Below are positions 1-8,901 of a stretch of DNA of 64,000 bases, one piece after another. Made by a program: the position numbers and the translations under genes. Where the stretch lies: assembly GCA_030583785.1 (NCBI GenBank), contig CP129475.1, positions 699,188 through 763,187 of the forward strand, read 5' to 3'. The notes beneath the pieces were generated by a model. That model was not told the DNA's origin. It saw nothing but the letters and a program-made list of their open reading frames with translations, and ran no database searches. Within the stretch, counting starts at the first letter, position 1. Every line of letters starts with the position of its first letter. The stretch is from Candidatus Dojkabacteria bacterium. Its GTDB lineage: Bacteria; Patescibacteriota; Dojkabacteria; B142; OLB20.

Positions 1-573
1 CGAATCAAACAAAGCAATATTTGCTGATAAACTAACCTCTCCGGTGATGGGAAAATAGTTAAGATGGATTGGCATTTCAAGGGGCTGTTTTCTGTTGAAT
101 ATATGGAAACGAATTGAACCGTAACTTGCCCCTTTCAATCCAGTAGTGCCATCTACTCTATAACCATTTAGTGTTAAGAAGTCTATTAAGGATTCAATTT
201 TTTGTAATTCGATATTTTTTAGTGGCAACAATGGACAAAATTTAACATCGTTTACGAAAGAATCCTCAAGAATTGTGGAAATTTTTTGAAACACATTTAT
301 TGGATTCTGGGTTGGGAATAGGTATTTTTTGTTATCAACTCGTTGTGTTTTGATCAATCTCGCTTTATGAAGGATTTTGACATGATAAGAGATTGTAGAT
401 TGTGATAAACCTGTTATTTGTGCCAATCCCCCGACAGTATTTTTTGAAAGAGGAGAAGTTTCCTTTTCGTCAAAGTTTCGGCTCTCTTCGATAATTGTCT
501 CAAAAACCCTTAGTCTGCTTGGCTCCCCTAAGGCAGAGAAGATAGCAGCCGGAGTTGCTGGTTTATGCATCAT
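1..573 (-). CDS. ArsR/SmtB-family HTH transcriptional regulator with an extra C-terminal domain; the ORF runs off the window start, so the 3' end is missing
   Basis: I translated the minus strand from the ATG at 573 by hand: MMHKPATPAAIFSALGEPSRLRVFETIIEES...GLSQSTISYHVKILHKARLI... There is no stop before position 1, so it is absent from the ORF track. The ArsR-type signature (xxLxDPTRLRIL / GLSQSxVSHHLKxL) is recognisable. Confidence 0.5.
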   Translation of the reverse strand, partial: MMHKPATPAAIFSALGEPSRLRVFETIIEESRNFDEKETSPLSKNTVGGLAQITGLSQSTISYHVKILHKARLIKTQRVDNKKYLFPTQNPINVFQKISTILEDSFVNDVKFCPLLPLKNIELQKIESLIDFLTLNGYRVDGTTGLKGASYGSIRFHIFNRKQPLEMPIHLNYFPITGEVSLSANIALFDS

Positions 574-592
574 CTGTATTCAAATTATGTGG

Positions 593-1210
593 TTAATTTA
601 GGTCCCTGATTAGTTTGACAATAATTCCAGAGACAGTAAAATTTTTGTACAACTTTGCAAGATTCCCTTCCTGTAAAGGCATGAATAGGTTCGATCCATT
701 TTCGGTAACTATTCGCCCCATAAGGAGGGTCTTTTTGTCGACTTCGGCAACGACATAAGAAGTATCTTGATAATTATCTGTAGTCGGTTCTTGAACTACC
801 AGAAGGTCTTGTTTGAAGAAGCCTTTATTCTGTAAGGCATCAGTTGAAACGCTCAGGGCATGATACAAAACATCTTTTGAAAGCATGGTTCTGTGAAGCA
901 GAAATGTCTGTCCTGGAGTCTTTGTATAGTTCACGCCGATACCGTCAATTATTCCGGTGACGGCAATCTCGGTAAAGTCATTAATTCCATGTTTGTTGTT
1001 AATAGCACGAACACTTCGTGCCTGGTTAATTTCTTTGTGAATATAGCCCTTCTTTTTAAGGTTTTCGATGTGTTCGTGAACGGTTGATATTGCTGTTAAA
1101 TTGAAATGCTGCTTAATATCTACCAAAGAAGGGGCATAGCCGTTTAATTCAGAATATATCTTGATGTAATCGAGGATTTCTTTTTGTCTTTTGGTTAGTG
1201 TTGGGTACAT
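593..1210 (-). CDS. lexA: LexA-like repressor (N-terminal wHTH, C-terminal S24 peptidase domain)
   Basis: The N-terminus LTKRQKEILDYIKIYSELNGYAPSLVDIKQHF matches the LexA DNA-binding domain. In the C-terminal half, ALSVSTDAL lines up with the GDSM serine region and VVAEVDKKTLLMGRIV with the Lys of the Ser-Lys dyad. Confidence 0.75.
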   Translation of the reverse strand: MYPTLTKRQKEILDYIKIYSELNGYAPSLVDIKQHFNLTAISTVHEHIENLKKKGYIHKEINQARSVRAINNKHGINDFTEIAVTGIIDGIGVNYTKTPGQTFLLHRTMLSKDVLYHALSVSTDALQNKGFFKQDLLVVQEPTTDNYQDTSYVVAEVDKKTLLMGRIVTENGSNLFMPLQEGNLAKLYKNFTVSGIIVKLIRDLN

Positions 1211-1258
1211 TAGTCTTCTACAATTATAATATAGCCGAAAGTCTTCCGAATAGCTTTT

Positions 1259-2251
1259 CTAGTTTTTCTTGATGTTATTGTCTACTAATTCCCAACTTGT
1301 TGAGGTTCCAGACATAGAATCTTCCTCGTTGTTTATTGTTATTGAGACAGAATCTGGTCTTGGAGTCATGATTTCTAAAGATGTAAGCTGGTCTAACTGG
1401 ATTTTATCTCCAATCTGCAGAACTCTAGCGATAGTCATTGACCCGTTTTCTTTGATCTCAAGGTAAGCTTCTCTGTTAACAATTGTAACCTCTGCTTCAA
1501 AGGTAGTGCCTGAGTTTTCGGCAGATTCTCCGGCAACTGATGCTTCGCCGTCTACTGTAAAGGCTTGTTGGCTAGATTCCCGAAATACATTTAAAACAAC
1601 TTCGCTTTTTCTACCAAACTGACTTTCTGCAATAATCGTAAATTGATTTAAGCCGCTTTGCAGATCTAGTGTTTCGGTAAATCTTTCGAAATTATTTGTT
1701 TGAAACCTTTGCCCGTTAATTGTTAACAGCGAACCGACCTCGACCAATCCCTCGATCTTGATTGAGTCTTCTGTTGTGCGAACGCTATCTTCGCTTCCGG
1801 CCTGAATAGATATTGGGGCGACAATTCGCAAATCCGGCTCGTTAAATACTCGACCAATGTAGCTACCTACATAACCAACTGCCAAGATCACTGCAACGAC
1901 AATGCTCAAGGTAATCACTTTTGCCGGCGTGATGGTGAGATTCAGAGTTTTGTCTTGAATTTTTTCTGTGCTGGTAATAATAGGTTCCTGTTTCTTGTAG
2001 TCTCTTTCCCGTCTATAGATTGCAATGGCTCTATCGGTGTTGATTCCTAAGAACTTAGCATAATTCTTCAAAAATCCTTTAAGGTAGACCTCTGATGGAA
2101 AAATGTCGTAAGAACCTTCTTCTAGGGCGGATAAGTATTCTCCCCGAATTTTGGTGATTTCAGAAATTTGACTGATTTTTAGTCCGCGTTCTTTACGACG
2201 GTCTTTGAGCATACTACCGATCGTACGCAGTTGAAAGCTTGTGTTAAGCAT
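1259..2251 (-). CDS. rodZ: RodZ-like cytoskeleton/cell-shape protein (XRE-type HTH, single TM helix, C-terminal domain)
   Basis: N-terminus: GSMLKDRRKERGLKISQISEITKIRGEYLSALEEGSYDIFPSEVYLKGFLKNYAKFLGI. A TM segment VITLSIVVAVILAVGYVGSYI follows. Confidence 0.6.
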   Translation of the reverse strand: MLNTSFQLRTIGSMLKDRRKERGLKISQISEITKIRGEYLSALEEGSYDIFPSEVYLKGFLKNYAKFLGINTDRAIAIYRRERDYKKQEPIITSTEKIQDKTLNLTITPAKVITLSIVVAVILAVGYVGSYIGRVFNEPDLRIVAPISIQAGSEDSVRTTEDSIKIEGLVEVGSLLTINGQRFQTNNFERFTETLDLQSGLNQFTIIAESQFGRKSEVVLNVFRESSQQAFTVDGEASVAGESAENSGTTFEAEVTIVNREAYLEIKENGSMTIARVLQIGDKIQLDQLTSLEIMTPRPDSVSITINNEEDSMSGTSTSWELVDNNIKKN

Positions 2252-2338
2252 AAGAATATTCTGGCAAGAAGCAGCAAGTGCATTAAATTATAGCACCATA
2301 AATCCAATCTCTGCTTAAAGAACTGTCAAGAAATTTAT

Positions 2339-2947
2339 TTATAAACCGTTTGCCGTTCGATAAGCATTTACAGTCTCGGGAAAGGCAGCTTCAAAAGCAG
2401 ACGAGAATGTACATATTGTATCTAAGCATTCAGGAATCCAGTATTCGATTGAACCAGAAACACCATCAACAACCCTACCTTCGTAGACACCACCTCGGTA
2501 GAATACATCGACTAGGTAATCGTAGTCTGTTTCAAAAGGATTTGTTTGAAAGTTGACGACCAAAGGACACAAACCGTTTTCTCTTTGATATGCATCTAAG
2601 GGATCAGAGATTTTAGATTCAAGCTCGGCCTTGAGAGTTGCATCAAATAGACCACCGGGAGTGTAGAACACTTCTGTGTCAGCGCATCCGGTTGCTACAG
2701 CTGGAGTCGGCGTTGGTGTTACAGATGCTACGACTTCGTCTGTGAGCACCAGGGATTTTGCCAAAGCAAGTTCTTTTTCGAGTTTATCGATAACTGGTGC
2801 GCTAACCGCAGAGGCCGCTACAAATCCTACCAATCCGCCTGCAACTAGGCCCATAAATGCACCGAAGAAGAAGACAACTAAAGATTTTAATAATCCGCCA
2901 GCTGATTTAGTTGGCTGTGGCGAAGCAGTTTCAGCAGGAGCTACCAT
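2339..2947 (-). CDS. hypothetical N-terminally membrane-anchored protein with a TPTPTP linker and a 4-Cys C-terminal domain
   Basis: TM helix LLKSLVVFFFGAFMGLVAGGLVGFVAA, then linker VTPTPTPAV, then a cysteine-containing domain. Confidence 0.4.
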   Translation of the reverse strand: MVAPAETASPQPTKSAGGLLKSLVVFFFGAFMGLVAGGLVGFVAASAVSAPVIDKLEKELALAKSLVLTDEVVASVTPTPTPAVATGCADTEVFYTPGGLFDATLKAELESKISDPLDAYQRENGLCPLVVNFQTNPFETDYDYLVDVFYRGGVYEGRVVDGVSGSIEYWIPECLDTICTFSSAFEAAFPETVNAYRTANGL

Positions 2948-3007
2948 TGCATTATTCTAAGAAGTAATAGAAAAAGTATAAGCTAAAACATAAGATAAGT
3001 CTTAGGA

Positions 3008-3346
3008 TTATTTTTTCTTTTTATTTTCTTTGGCTTTGTCTTGCGTATCTTTCTTTTTGTCGATTTGATCTAGTTTCAGTCCCTTTACTCCAAAGTAGAC
3101 AACTGCGGCAATGACTACAAAATTAATAAAGACACCCAGAAAATTACCAACTTTGACTTCAGCTTCCGCTATAGTAATGACAAGCGTTGTAAGGCTTTCT
3201 GCTTTTCCAAGAATTATTCCGAGCAGGGGATTAATAATATCATCGACAAGAGCCTTAACCAGACCTGAAACCGCTCCTCCAAGGATAAAACCAACAGCAA
3301 GACCCACAACACCTTGTTCACGAATAAAATCTAAGAAACCTTTCAT
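3008..3346 (-). CDS. mscL: large-conductance mechanosensitive channel MscL
   Basis: MKGFLDFIREQGVVGLAVGFILGGAVSGLVKALVDDIINPLLG is collinear with the MscL TM1 and pore motif. There is a second TM helix and a K/E-rich tail. Length is 112 aa. Confidence 0.85.
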   Translation of the reverse strand: MKGFLDFIREQGVVGLAVGFILGGAVSGLVKALVDDIINPLLGIILGKAESLTTLVITIAEAEVKVGNFLGVFINFVVIAAVVYFGVKGLKLDQIDKKKDTQDKAKENKKKK

Positions 3347-3413
3347 ATATATTTGTTAAAAAGTTGCTTGATTATACAAGAAATTGGAAATGTGGCGATT
3401 TACATTCGACGAA

Positions 3414-4436
3414 CTACTGATTTTCTTCCTCAGCGAGAAAGGTGTTTTGAACTCTTTGAATAAATTCTCTGATTTCGGGAGTAATACTTTGATTGTCTAG
3501 AGTTCTTTTTATAAAGGCAGGCACTCTATGTTCGTAGGGTTCATCAGAATTATAGACCGTATTAAGTCGCATATGAGTAGCCTTCATAGCAGCCTCATAA
3601 TCACTTAGTATTTGCAAGGTGATTTTCAATAAATCATCTTCGCTATACATCTCTTTTATAGCAGAAAACAGTTTACTAAAATCAGCGTTAAACTTTTCTG
3701 GCTTATGTTCATATCCCTGCAGTAAATGCAATACCTTGTAAGCAAAAATTGCGTCTGGTCTTGCGATATAATATTCTTTTTCATCAACAACAACCTTTGC
3801 TACAAGGTTTGGGCCGTAGGCTTCTACTGGATCTATCATAACCCTTGTCTGTTCCTCACCTCGCACAAGACATATCAGCGCTTCTTTTGGAAATTCTTCA
3901 AATGTTGGCCCGCCCCCTTTCCATAGATAATTTGCTCTCATTTGACGATATTCCTTAATTTCTATTTTCTTGTAGAACTCCTGAACACGCCTCATTCGGG
4001 CTCTATAGTATTCAGTAGCTACATAATCCAAATCGCCAACTGGTCGTGCAAAGGATGCCAGAATAAGCCTTGTACCTTCTGAAATTGGGCGAGTTTCGCC
4101 TTCTTTCACTCCCGGTTCATCACTACCAGTTACTTCAGTAAATTGCTCCGCCTGTGCTAAAAGCATAATAGCCAAGGAGCCTGCCAGATAATAATTCAGC
4201 ATAGGCATTATCTGGGTATCTTCTGGTAATTCTTGTGCTCGATCCTTAACTCCTTCTTTATCGGCGTCAATTGTTGGTACTGGTATATTATCGACTTGAG
4301 GGAAACGAGAAGTTAAATAGTCTGCAAATATTACCGCCGATTCTATAATGTCTTGTTTTTCTAGGCTGATTTTTGCTTCGGGTGTATTAGTGTCTGGTGT
4401 TTCCGGCACAATCTGTTGTTCTGTATCTCCCATCAT
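3414..4436 (-). CDS. hypothetical cytoplasmic protein (340 aa)
   Basis: Long ORF with no motif I recognise. Confidence 0.4.
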   Translation of the reverse strand: MMGDTEQQIVPETPDTNTPEAKISLEKQDIIESAVIFADYLTSRFPQVDNIPVPTIDADKEGVKDRAQELPEDTQIMPMLNYYLAGSLAIMLLAQAEQFTEVTGSDEPGVKEGETRPISEGTRLILASFARPVGDLDYVATEYYRARMRRVQEFYKKIEIKEYRQMRANYLWKGGGPTFEEFPKEALICLVRGEEQTRVMIDPVEAYGPNLVAKVVVDEKEYYIARPDAIFAYKVLHLLQGYEHKPEKFNADFSKLFSAIKEMYSEDDLLKITLQILSDYEAAMKATHMRLNTVYNSDEPYEHRVPAFIKRTLDNQSITPEIREFIQRVQNTFLAEEENQ

Positions 4437-4501
4437 TCTTTAAGATTATAACCTGATAATTACTTTTGACCAATATGATGGCTAACAAAGAAGCTTCCTA
4501 A

Positions 4502-4592
<91 letters not shown>

Positions 4593-4622
4593 TTGGTTTT
4601 GAATTATAGCACCAAATAACGG

Positions 4623-5045
4623 TTAACGGCTTACAGCTTTATAGATTAGTAATCCGGCAATATAGCTTACGGCGCTGTAGATTAGAAAGAAAAGACAGGC
4701 AATAAATAGAGCCGCAACTATCCCAAGCGTCAAACCAAGATTTTTTTCATCAAGTAAAGTTAAACGCTGTCTATAAAGTTCGTATCTTGGCGCTAAAAAA
4801 TATATTAGATTCATTATTCCCAGTAGTAGTCCTAAAAGAAATGCCAAGGCACCGGCAATAGCATTCTTCCTAAGCTTGGCTATGTGATCGGTCTTGTTAA
4901 TGAATAATCCGACGATTGATCCGCGAAATATTGCCAGAATGGGAAAGGCGAGTAAGGCAAAAAAGTATCCGATGGAACCGAAAATAAATCCGATAAAGAA
5001 ATCCAGAAATAGAAGATAGAAAGAGAATGCTTTTGCTTTAGACAT
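4623..5045 (-). CDS. small polytopic membrane protein (about 140 aa)
   Basis: I moved the start to the internal ATG (MSKAKAFSFYLLFL...). The longer ORF-track N-terminus would read through the tRNA-Arg gene. There are four or so hydrophobic helices. Confidence 0.4.
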   Translation of the reverse strand: MSKAKAFSFYLLFLDFFIGFIFGSIGYFFALLAFPILAIFRGSIVGLFINKTDHIAKLRKNAIAGALAFLLGLLLGIMNLIYFLAPRYELYRQRLTLLDEKNLGLTLGIVAALFIACLFFLIYSAVSYIAGLLIYKAVSR

Positions 5046-5097
5046 ACAAAATACTTGCAGAAAACTTCTGCCTAAGCAAGTGGTTGACGAGTGGCTA

Positions 5098-5174
5098 TGG
5101 TGCACCAGGCAGGAGTCGAACCTGCGACCCCGACTTCCGCAAAGTCGTGCTCTATCCAACTGAGCTACTGGTGC
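5098..5174 (-). tRNA. tRNA-Arg (anticodon reads GCG), CCA encoded
   Basis: Reverse complement: GCACCAGTAGCTCAGTTGGATAGAGCACGACTTTGCGGAAGTCGGGGTCGCAGGTTCGACTCCTGCCTGGTGCACCA. The cloverleaf is Arg-like (GTAGCTCAG..GGATAGAGCA). Anticodon stem CGACT/AGTCG, loop TTGCGGA. Confidence 0.8.
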
Positions 5175-5199
5175 ATTTATTTCTGTTGTCGATTATACC

Positions 5200-5895
5200 T
5201 TACTTTGGCAAATTTTCCTCTGTCGATTTTTTCTGAGGACTGTCTTTCGGGTCTTTGGTTTTAACGATGCGTTTGCCCTCGAGGAAAGGGAGTAGGGGCT
5301 GATATTCACCTAAGATCATTTTTCCAAACCAGCCTTGCGACACTTCTTTGCTGGAAAGATAATCGACATGTTCGACGAGATAAGAAACAATAAAGTTTAG
5401 ATCTCCGTTACCTTTTAATAGAATAAGCCTTTTTGGAAGATCTTCTTGCTTTTCGATAGTATCGAAATGAATGAACATTTCTCCTTCTCGCTTTAAGACC
5501 CAGAAAGATATAATCGAACTCCATAAATAAAGCAATCCTTGAGTTTTAATCCCTTTGTTAGTAATCTCGTGAGTAACTTCTTTCGGAGGAATTGTATTTA
5601 GGGCGTAAACAAATAATGTTAAAGCTATTACTGCAAAAATGAGCCCGAAATTGTTTGTGAGAGCACCAAGTACGATGACTACAACTGAAGCACCTGCCAT
5701 AGTGACATACCATTCTCTTGCTTTAGGCTTAAAAAGTCGTTCTGGAGCCTTCCAGGTGTAGACGGTTTCTAGTGCACGGTTTTCTTCTTCGAGGATTTCT
5801 TTGTATTTTTTTGCTCGTGCAATTTCTGCATCAAGCCTCATAAGTTCTTCTTCTTGCTTTAACTCTTCTTTTGTTTGTGCGGGTTCTGAAGCCAT
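5200..5895 (-). CDS. hypothetical membrane protein (N-terminal coiled-coil, two TM helices)
   Basis: ORF of 231 aa. Hydrophobic stretch VVVIVLGALTNNFGLIFAVIALTLFVYAL. Confidence 0.35.
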   Translation of the reverse strand: MASEPAQTKEELKQEEELMRLDAEIARAKKYKEILEEENRALETVYTWKAPERLFKPKAREWYVTMAGASVVVIVLGALTNNFGLIFAVIALTLFVYALNTIPPKEVTHEITNKGIKTQGLLYLWSSIISFWVLKREGEMFIHFDTIEKQEDLPKRLILLKGNGDLNFIVSYLVEHVDYLSSKEVSQGWFGKMILGEYQPLLPFLEGKRIVKTKDPKDSPQKKSTEENLPK

Positions 5896-5993
5896 TTGAT
5901 GTTTTCTATTAACTCTATTTTATTAGCTGAAAGATCTAAACACAAGCAGAAATCGACAGCATTTGCTATCATCCTTCTAGATAGTTTATTAAT

Positions 5994-6950
5994 TTGCTAA
6001 TGAAACAAAATCCATTATCTGGAAAATTGATTAGTATTGTGGCCCCTGTCTACAACGAAGAAGCCAACATAGCAGTGTTTGTAGAAAGGGTTGTTGAGGT
6101 AATGAAGAAGAATTACGAAACTTACGAGTTGATTTTAATCAACGATGGAAGTAAAGATTCGTCTCTCGAAAAAATGCTGGCAATTGCCGCAGATAATAAA
6201 AATGTAAAGATAGTGAATTTTGCTAGAAATTTTGGTCACCAGTCGGCAATATCTGCTGGATGGGACTTCGCACAAGGGGATGCTGTGATTACCCTAGATA
6301 GCGATTTGCAGGATCAGCCAGAATTAATTCCCGAACTCGTGAATAAATGGATTCAAGGTTTTCAGGTTGTGAATGCTGTTCGTAAAACCAGAAAGGACGG
6401 ATGGTTAAAAAGAACAACAGCCAAGGTGTTTTATAAATTTCTTAATTCGATCCTGACAAGTAAGATTCCGGAAAATGTTGGTGACTATCGGCTTTTAGAT
6501 AAGAGAGTAGTAGATGTTTTAAGGCAGATCACCGAAAGAGATCGTTATATCAGGGGGTTAACAAATTGGGTAGGTTTTAGACAGGCATTTGTAGAATTTG
6601 ATCGCGACAAACGCATTGCCGGAAAAACCAATTATAGTATAGGCAAAATGTTTAATCTTGCCTTAAACGGCATTTTTTCTTTCTCGGATTTTCCAAGGAA
6701 ACTAGCACATTTAGCATGGTTGTTTTCTGTGTTTATCACAATGGTACTGTTGGTCTATGCTACCGTTCTGCACTATATGGGAATAAATACGCCAGGGTGG
6801 ACTTCGCAGGTGTTTATCATGCTTTGTTTTAGTTCGATACAGCTGTTTTTATTGGCGATTGTGCTTGAATATGTAAGCAGAACATACAGAGAAGTGCAGG
6901 CCAGACCGCTTTATGTAGTTGCAGACAAGGTAAATTTTGACAAAAAGTAA
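5994..6950 (+). CDS. GT2 polyprenyl-phosphate glycosyltransferase (GtrB/ArnC/DPM1-like)
   Basis: ISIVAPVYNEE...LILINDGSKDSS...NFGHQSAISAGWDFAQGDAVITLDSDLQDQPELI (DxD region), plus two C-terminal TM helices typical of the GtrB/ArnC family. Confidence 0.85.
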   Translation: MLMKQNPLSGKLISIVAPVYNEEANIAVFVERVVEVMKKNYETYELILINDGSKDSSLEKMLAIAADNKNVKIVNFARNFGHQSAISAGWDFAQGDAVITLDSDLQDQPELIPELVNKWIQGFQVVNAVRKTRKDGWLKRTTAKVFYKFLNSILTSKIPENVGDYRLLDKRVVDVLRQITERDRYIRGLTNWVGFRQAFVEFDRDKRIAGKTNYSIGKMFNLALNGIFSFSDFPRKLAHLAWLFSVFITMVLLVYATVLHYMGINTPGWTSQVFIMLCFSSIQLFLLAIVLEYVSRTYREVQARPLYVVADKVNFDKK

Positions 6951-6994
6951 AACAGGGTATACCATGTATACCATAAAATTATTCTAAATATGCA

Positions 6995-7363
6995 ATGTAT
7001 CACGCCATTGTTCTGCGATCATCTCTATCAGATTATTCAACGCTTGAAGACCAATATTTGCCTTTTGCATATGTAAAATCCGAAAACGGCTCTCAAAATA
7101 TATTGGCTCTCGAGGTCAAACCATCAGAGAAAGATCAATTTATTTCAAAGCTGCAAAAAGAGATTAAGGCTGGGCCATATTACGCACATTTATACAACGA
7201 CAGCGAATTGATCGTTGTGTTTAAAGAAAAGTCTTTTGTTGTGGCTAATCCAGACGAAATAATTCCTGTATGGGAATATGCCAGATCGCTTAACATTCCA
7301 GAGGAGCAGCTCGATTTTCAGCCTGCAAGTTTTGCAGAAGAAGAGGATTATTTCAATACCTAG
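6995..7363 (+). CDS. hypothetical protein (122 aa)
   Basis: ORF with no motif I recognise. It sits immediately upstream of rarA. Confidence 0.3.
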   Translation: MYHAIVLRSSLSDYSTLEDQYLPFAYVKSENGSQNILALEVKPSEKDQFISKLQKEIKAGPYYAHLYNDSELIVVFKEKSFVVANPDEIIPVWEYARSLNIPEEQLDFQPASFAEEEDYFNT

Positions 7364-7367
7364 AAAT

Positions 7368-8573
7368 ATGTCAGAACCGCTTGCTGAAAAGCTTCGGCCT
7401 AAAAATCTTGACGGGTATATTGGTCAAGAACATCTGCTTGGTGAAGGTAAACCACTAAGGCTACTTCTAGACAACCACAAGCTTGTCTCTATGATTCTCT
7501 GGGGGCCTCCAGGAAGTGGAAAGACCACGCTGGCAAGGCTTTGTGCAGATTACGCTAAAGCAGAATTTGTATGCATCTCTGCTGTAACCAGTGGAATCCC
7601 CGATCTTAAGATAATCATTGCTAGAGCTAAAGAACGAGCGCTGTACCATAATTCCGAAACAATTCTGTTTATCGATGAAATTCATAGATTTAATAAAGCT
7701 CAACAAGATGCCTTGTTACCACATGTTGAAGACGGAACACTTATTCTGATAGGTGCAACCACAGAGAATCCAGGTTTTGAAGTAAACGCACCTCTAGTTT
7801 CCAGAATGAGGGTGTATAGGCTGCATCCGTTGTCAGATAACGATATTAGGCTCGTAATAAATAGAGCGGCGGAGCAGTTTCCGCTACTTCAGTTTGACAA
7901 AGAAGCAATAAACTTTATAGTCAAGTTTGCAAACGGGGACGCTCGTTCTGCAATAAATGCCGTAGAAATCTCGGCATCGCTTGCCAAAAAGAAGATAGAC
8001 CTTTCCGTCATCGAAGACGCCCTTCAATCTAAATCTGTGCGTTACGACAAGGGGGGTGACGAGCATTACGACACCATATCTGCCTTTATTAAAAGTATGC
8101 GCGGGGGCAACCCACACGCAACACTTCATTATTTGGCAAGAATGTTAAAGGCAGGAGAAGATCCCAAGTTTATTGCTCGCAGAATGATTATCTTTGCTTC
8201 AGAAGACATCGGAAACGCCAAACCAAACGCTCTTGTGCTGGCAACGACTTGTATGCAAGCTGTTTCCATGATTGGTATGCCTGAATCTCAACTTATTTTG
8301 GCACAAACCGCCACATATCTTGCTACTTCACCAAAGTCGATAGCTTCAACAGAGGGTATTTTTAAGGCGCTTGCAGATCTTGAAAATGAGCGCATAGAGC
8401 CTATACCACTTCATCTTCGCAACGAGAGCAACAAGCTTATGAAGCAGTTTGGCTACGGCAAAGGACATATCCGTTATCCTTGGCTTGAAGAAAAGAAAGG
8501 AAGAAAAGTTAAGCAAGAGTATTTGCCTAAAAACCTTGCGGGGCGCAGGTATTACATAGAAGACTGGGACTAA
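7368..8573 (+). CDS. rarA: replication-associated recombination protein A (AAA+ ATPase RarA/MgsA)
   Basis: MSEPLAEKLRPKNLDGYIGQEHLLGEGKPLRLL...ILWGPPGSGKTTLARL (Walker A), then FIDEIHRFNKAQQDALLPHVEDGTLILIGATTENP. I took the start at the internal ATG at 7368. Confidence 0.85.
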   Translation: MSEPLAEKLRPKNLDGYIGQEHLLGEGKPLRLLLDNHKLVSMILWGPPGSGKTTLARLCADYAKAEFVCISAVTSGIPDLKIIIARAKERALYHNSETILFIDEIHRFNKAQQDALLPHVEDGTLILIGATTENPGFEVNAPLVSRMRVYRLHPLSDNDIRLVINRAAEQFPLLQFDKEAINFIVKFANGDARSAINAVEISASLAKKKIDLSVIEDALQSKSVRYDKGGDEHYDTISAFIKSMRGGNPHATLHYLARMLKAGEDPKFIARRMIIFASEDIGNAKPNALVLATTCMQAVSMIGMPESQLILAQTATYLATSPKSIASTEGIFKALADLENERIEPIPLHLRNESNKLMKQFGYGKGHIRYPWLEEKKGRKVKQEYLPKNLAGRRYYIEDWD

Positions 8574-8684
8574 TATCAGATCACTTGACAGATTAAATAC
8601 TTATCGGCTAAATTGTCCTAAATCTTCTTGCAATTATTAATCTTCAAGGTTACTATATCTATACCCGTTTTATGCGGGTTGATC

Positions 8685-8713
8685 TTGACTTGCTCTATGC
8701 AAATATGTTATAG
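8685..8713 (+). promoter_or_regulatory. candidate sigma-70 promoter upstream of rpoB
   Basis: TTGACT (8685-8690), a 17-nt spacer, then TTATAG (8708-8713), inside the 328-bp non-coding leader. Confidence 0.25.
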
Positions 8714-8792
8714 AGATAACTGCCTTGCAAATACTTGGGAACCTTTGAAGAGAAGCAGTTTTCCTAACAAATAAATAATTTATATAAACACT

Positions 8793-8819
8793 ACGCACAT
8801 AGGTGCGTCTTTTGCGTTT
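8793..8819 (+). promoter_or_regulatory. hairpin ACGCAC-ATAG-GTGCGT followed by a CTTTTGCGTTT run in the rpoB leader (attenuator-like)
   Basis: Perfect 6-bp inverted repeat with a T-rich 3' flank, lying between the candidate promoter and the rpoB ATG at 8902. Confidence 0.25.
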
Positions 8820-8901
8820 AGTTATCGTTGCAGGCATATGCAGCTTGGGTTTTCCAGCTAGCAAAAATTATTTTATTCCTTCAGGTAGGTCTTACAAAAA
8901 T

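Noticed and set aside
1211-1258. Possible LexA/SOS box upstream of lexA
   Set aside because: The spacer is AT-rich with a TATAAT-like element. I could find no convincing dyad of either the gammaproteobacterial or the Gram-positive type.
5046-5159. N-terminal 38 codons of the 4623-5159 ORF
   Set aside because: They read antisense through the tRNA-Arg gene (5098-5174). The internal ATG at 5045 gives a coherent small membrane protein.
8803-8901. ORF-track N-terminal extension of rpoB (MRLLRLVIVAGICSLGFPAS...)
   Set aside because: The extension is hydrophobic and signal-peptide-like and has no counterpart in RpoB. The conserved N-terminus begins at MKNQPIERLN (ATG 8902), so I treat the upstream part as non-coding leader.
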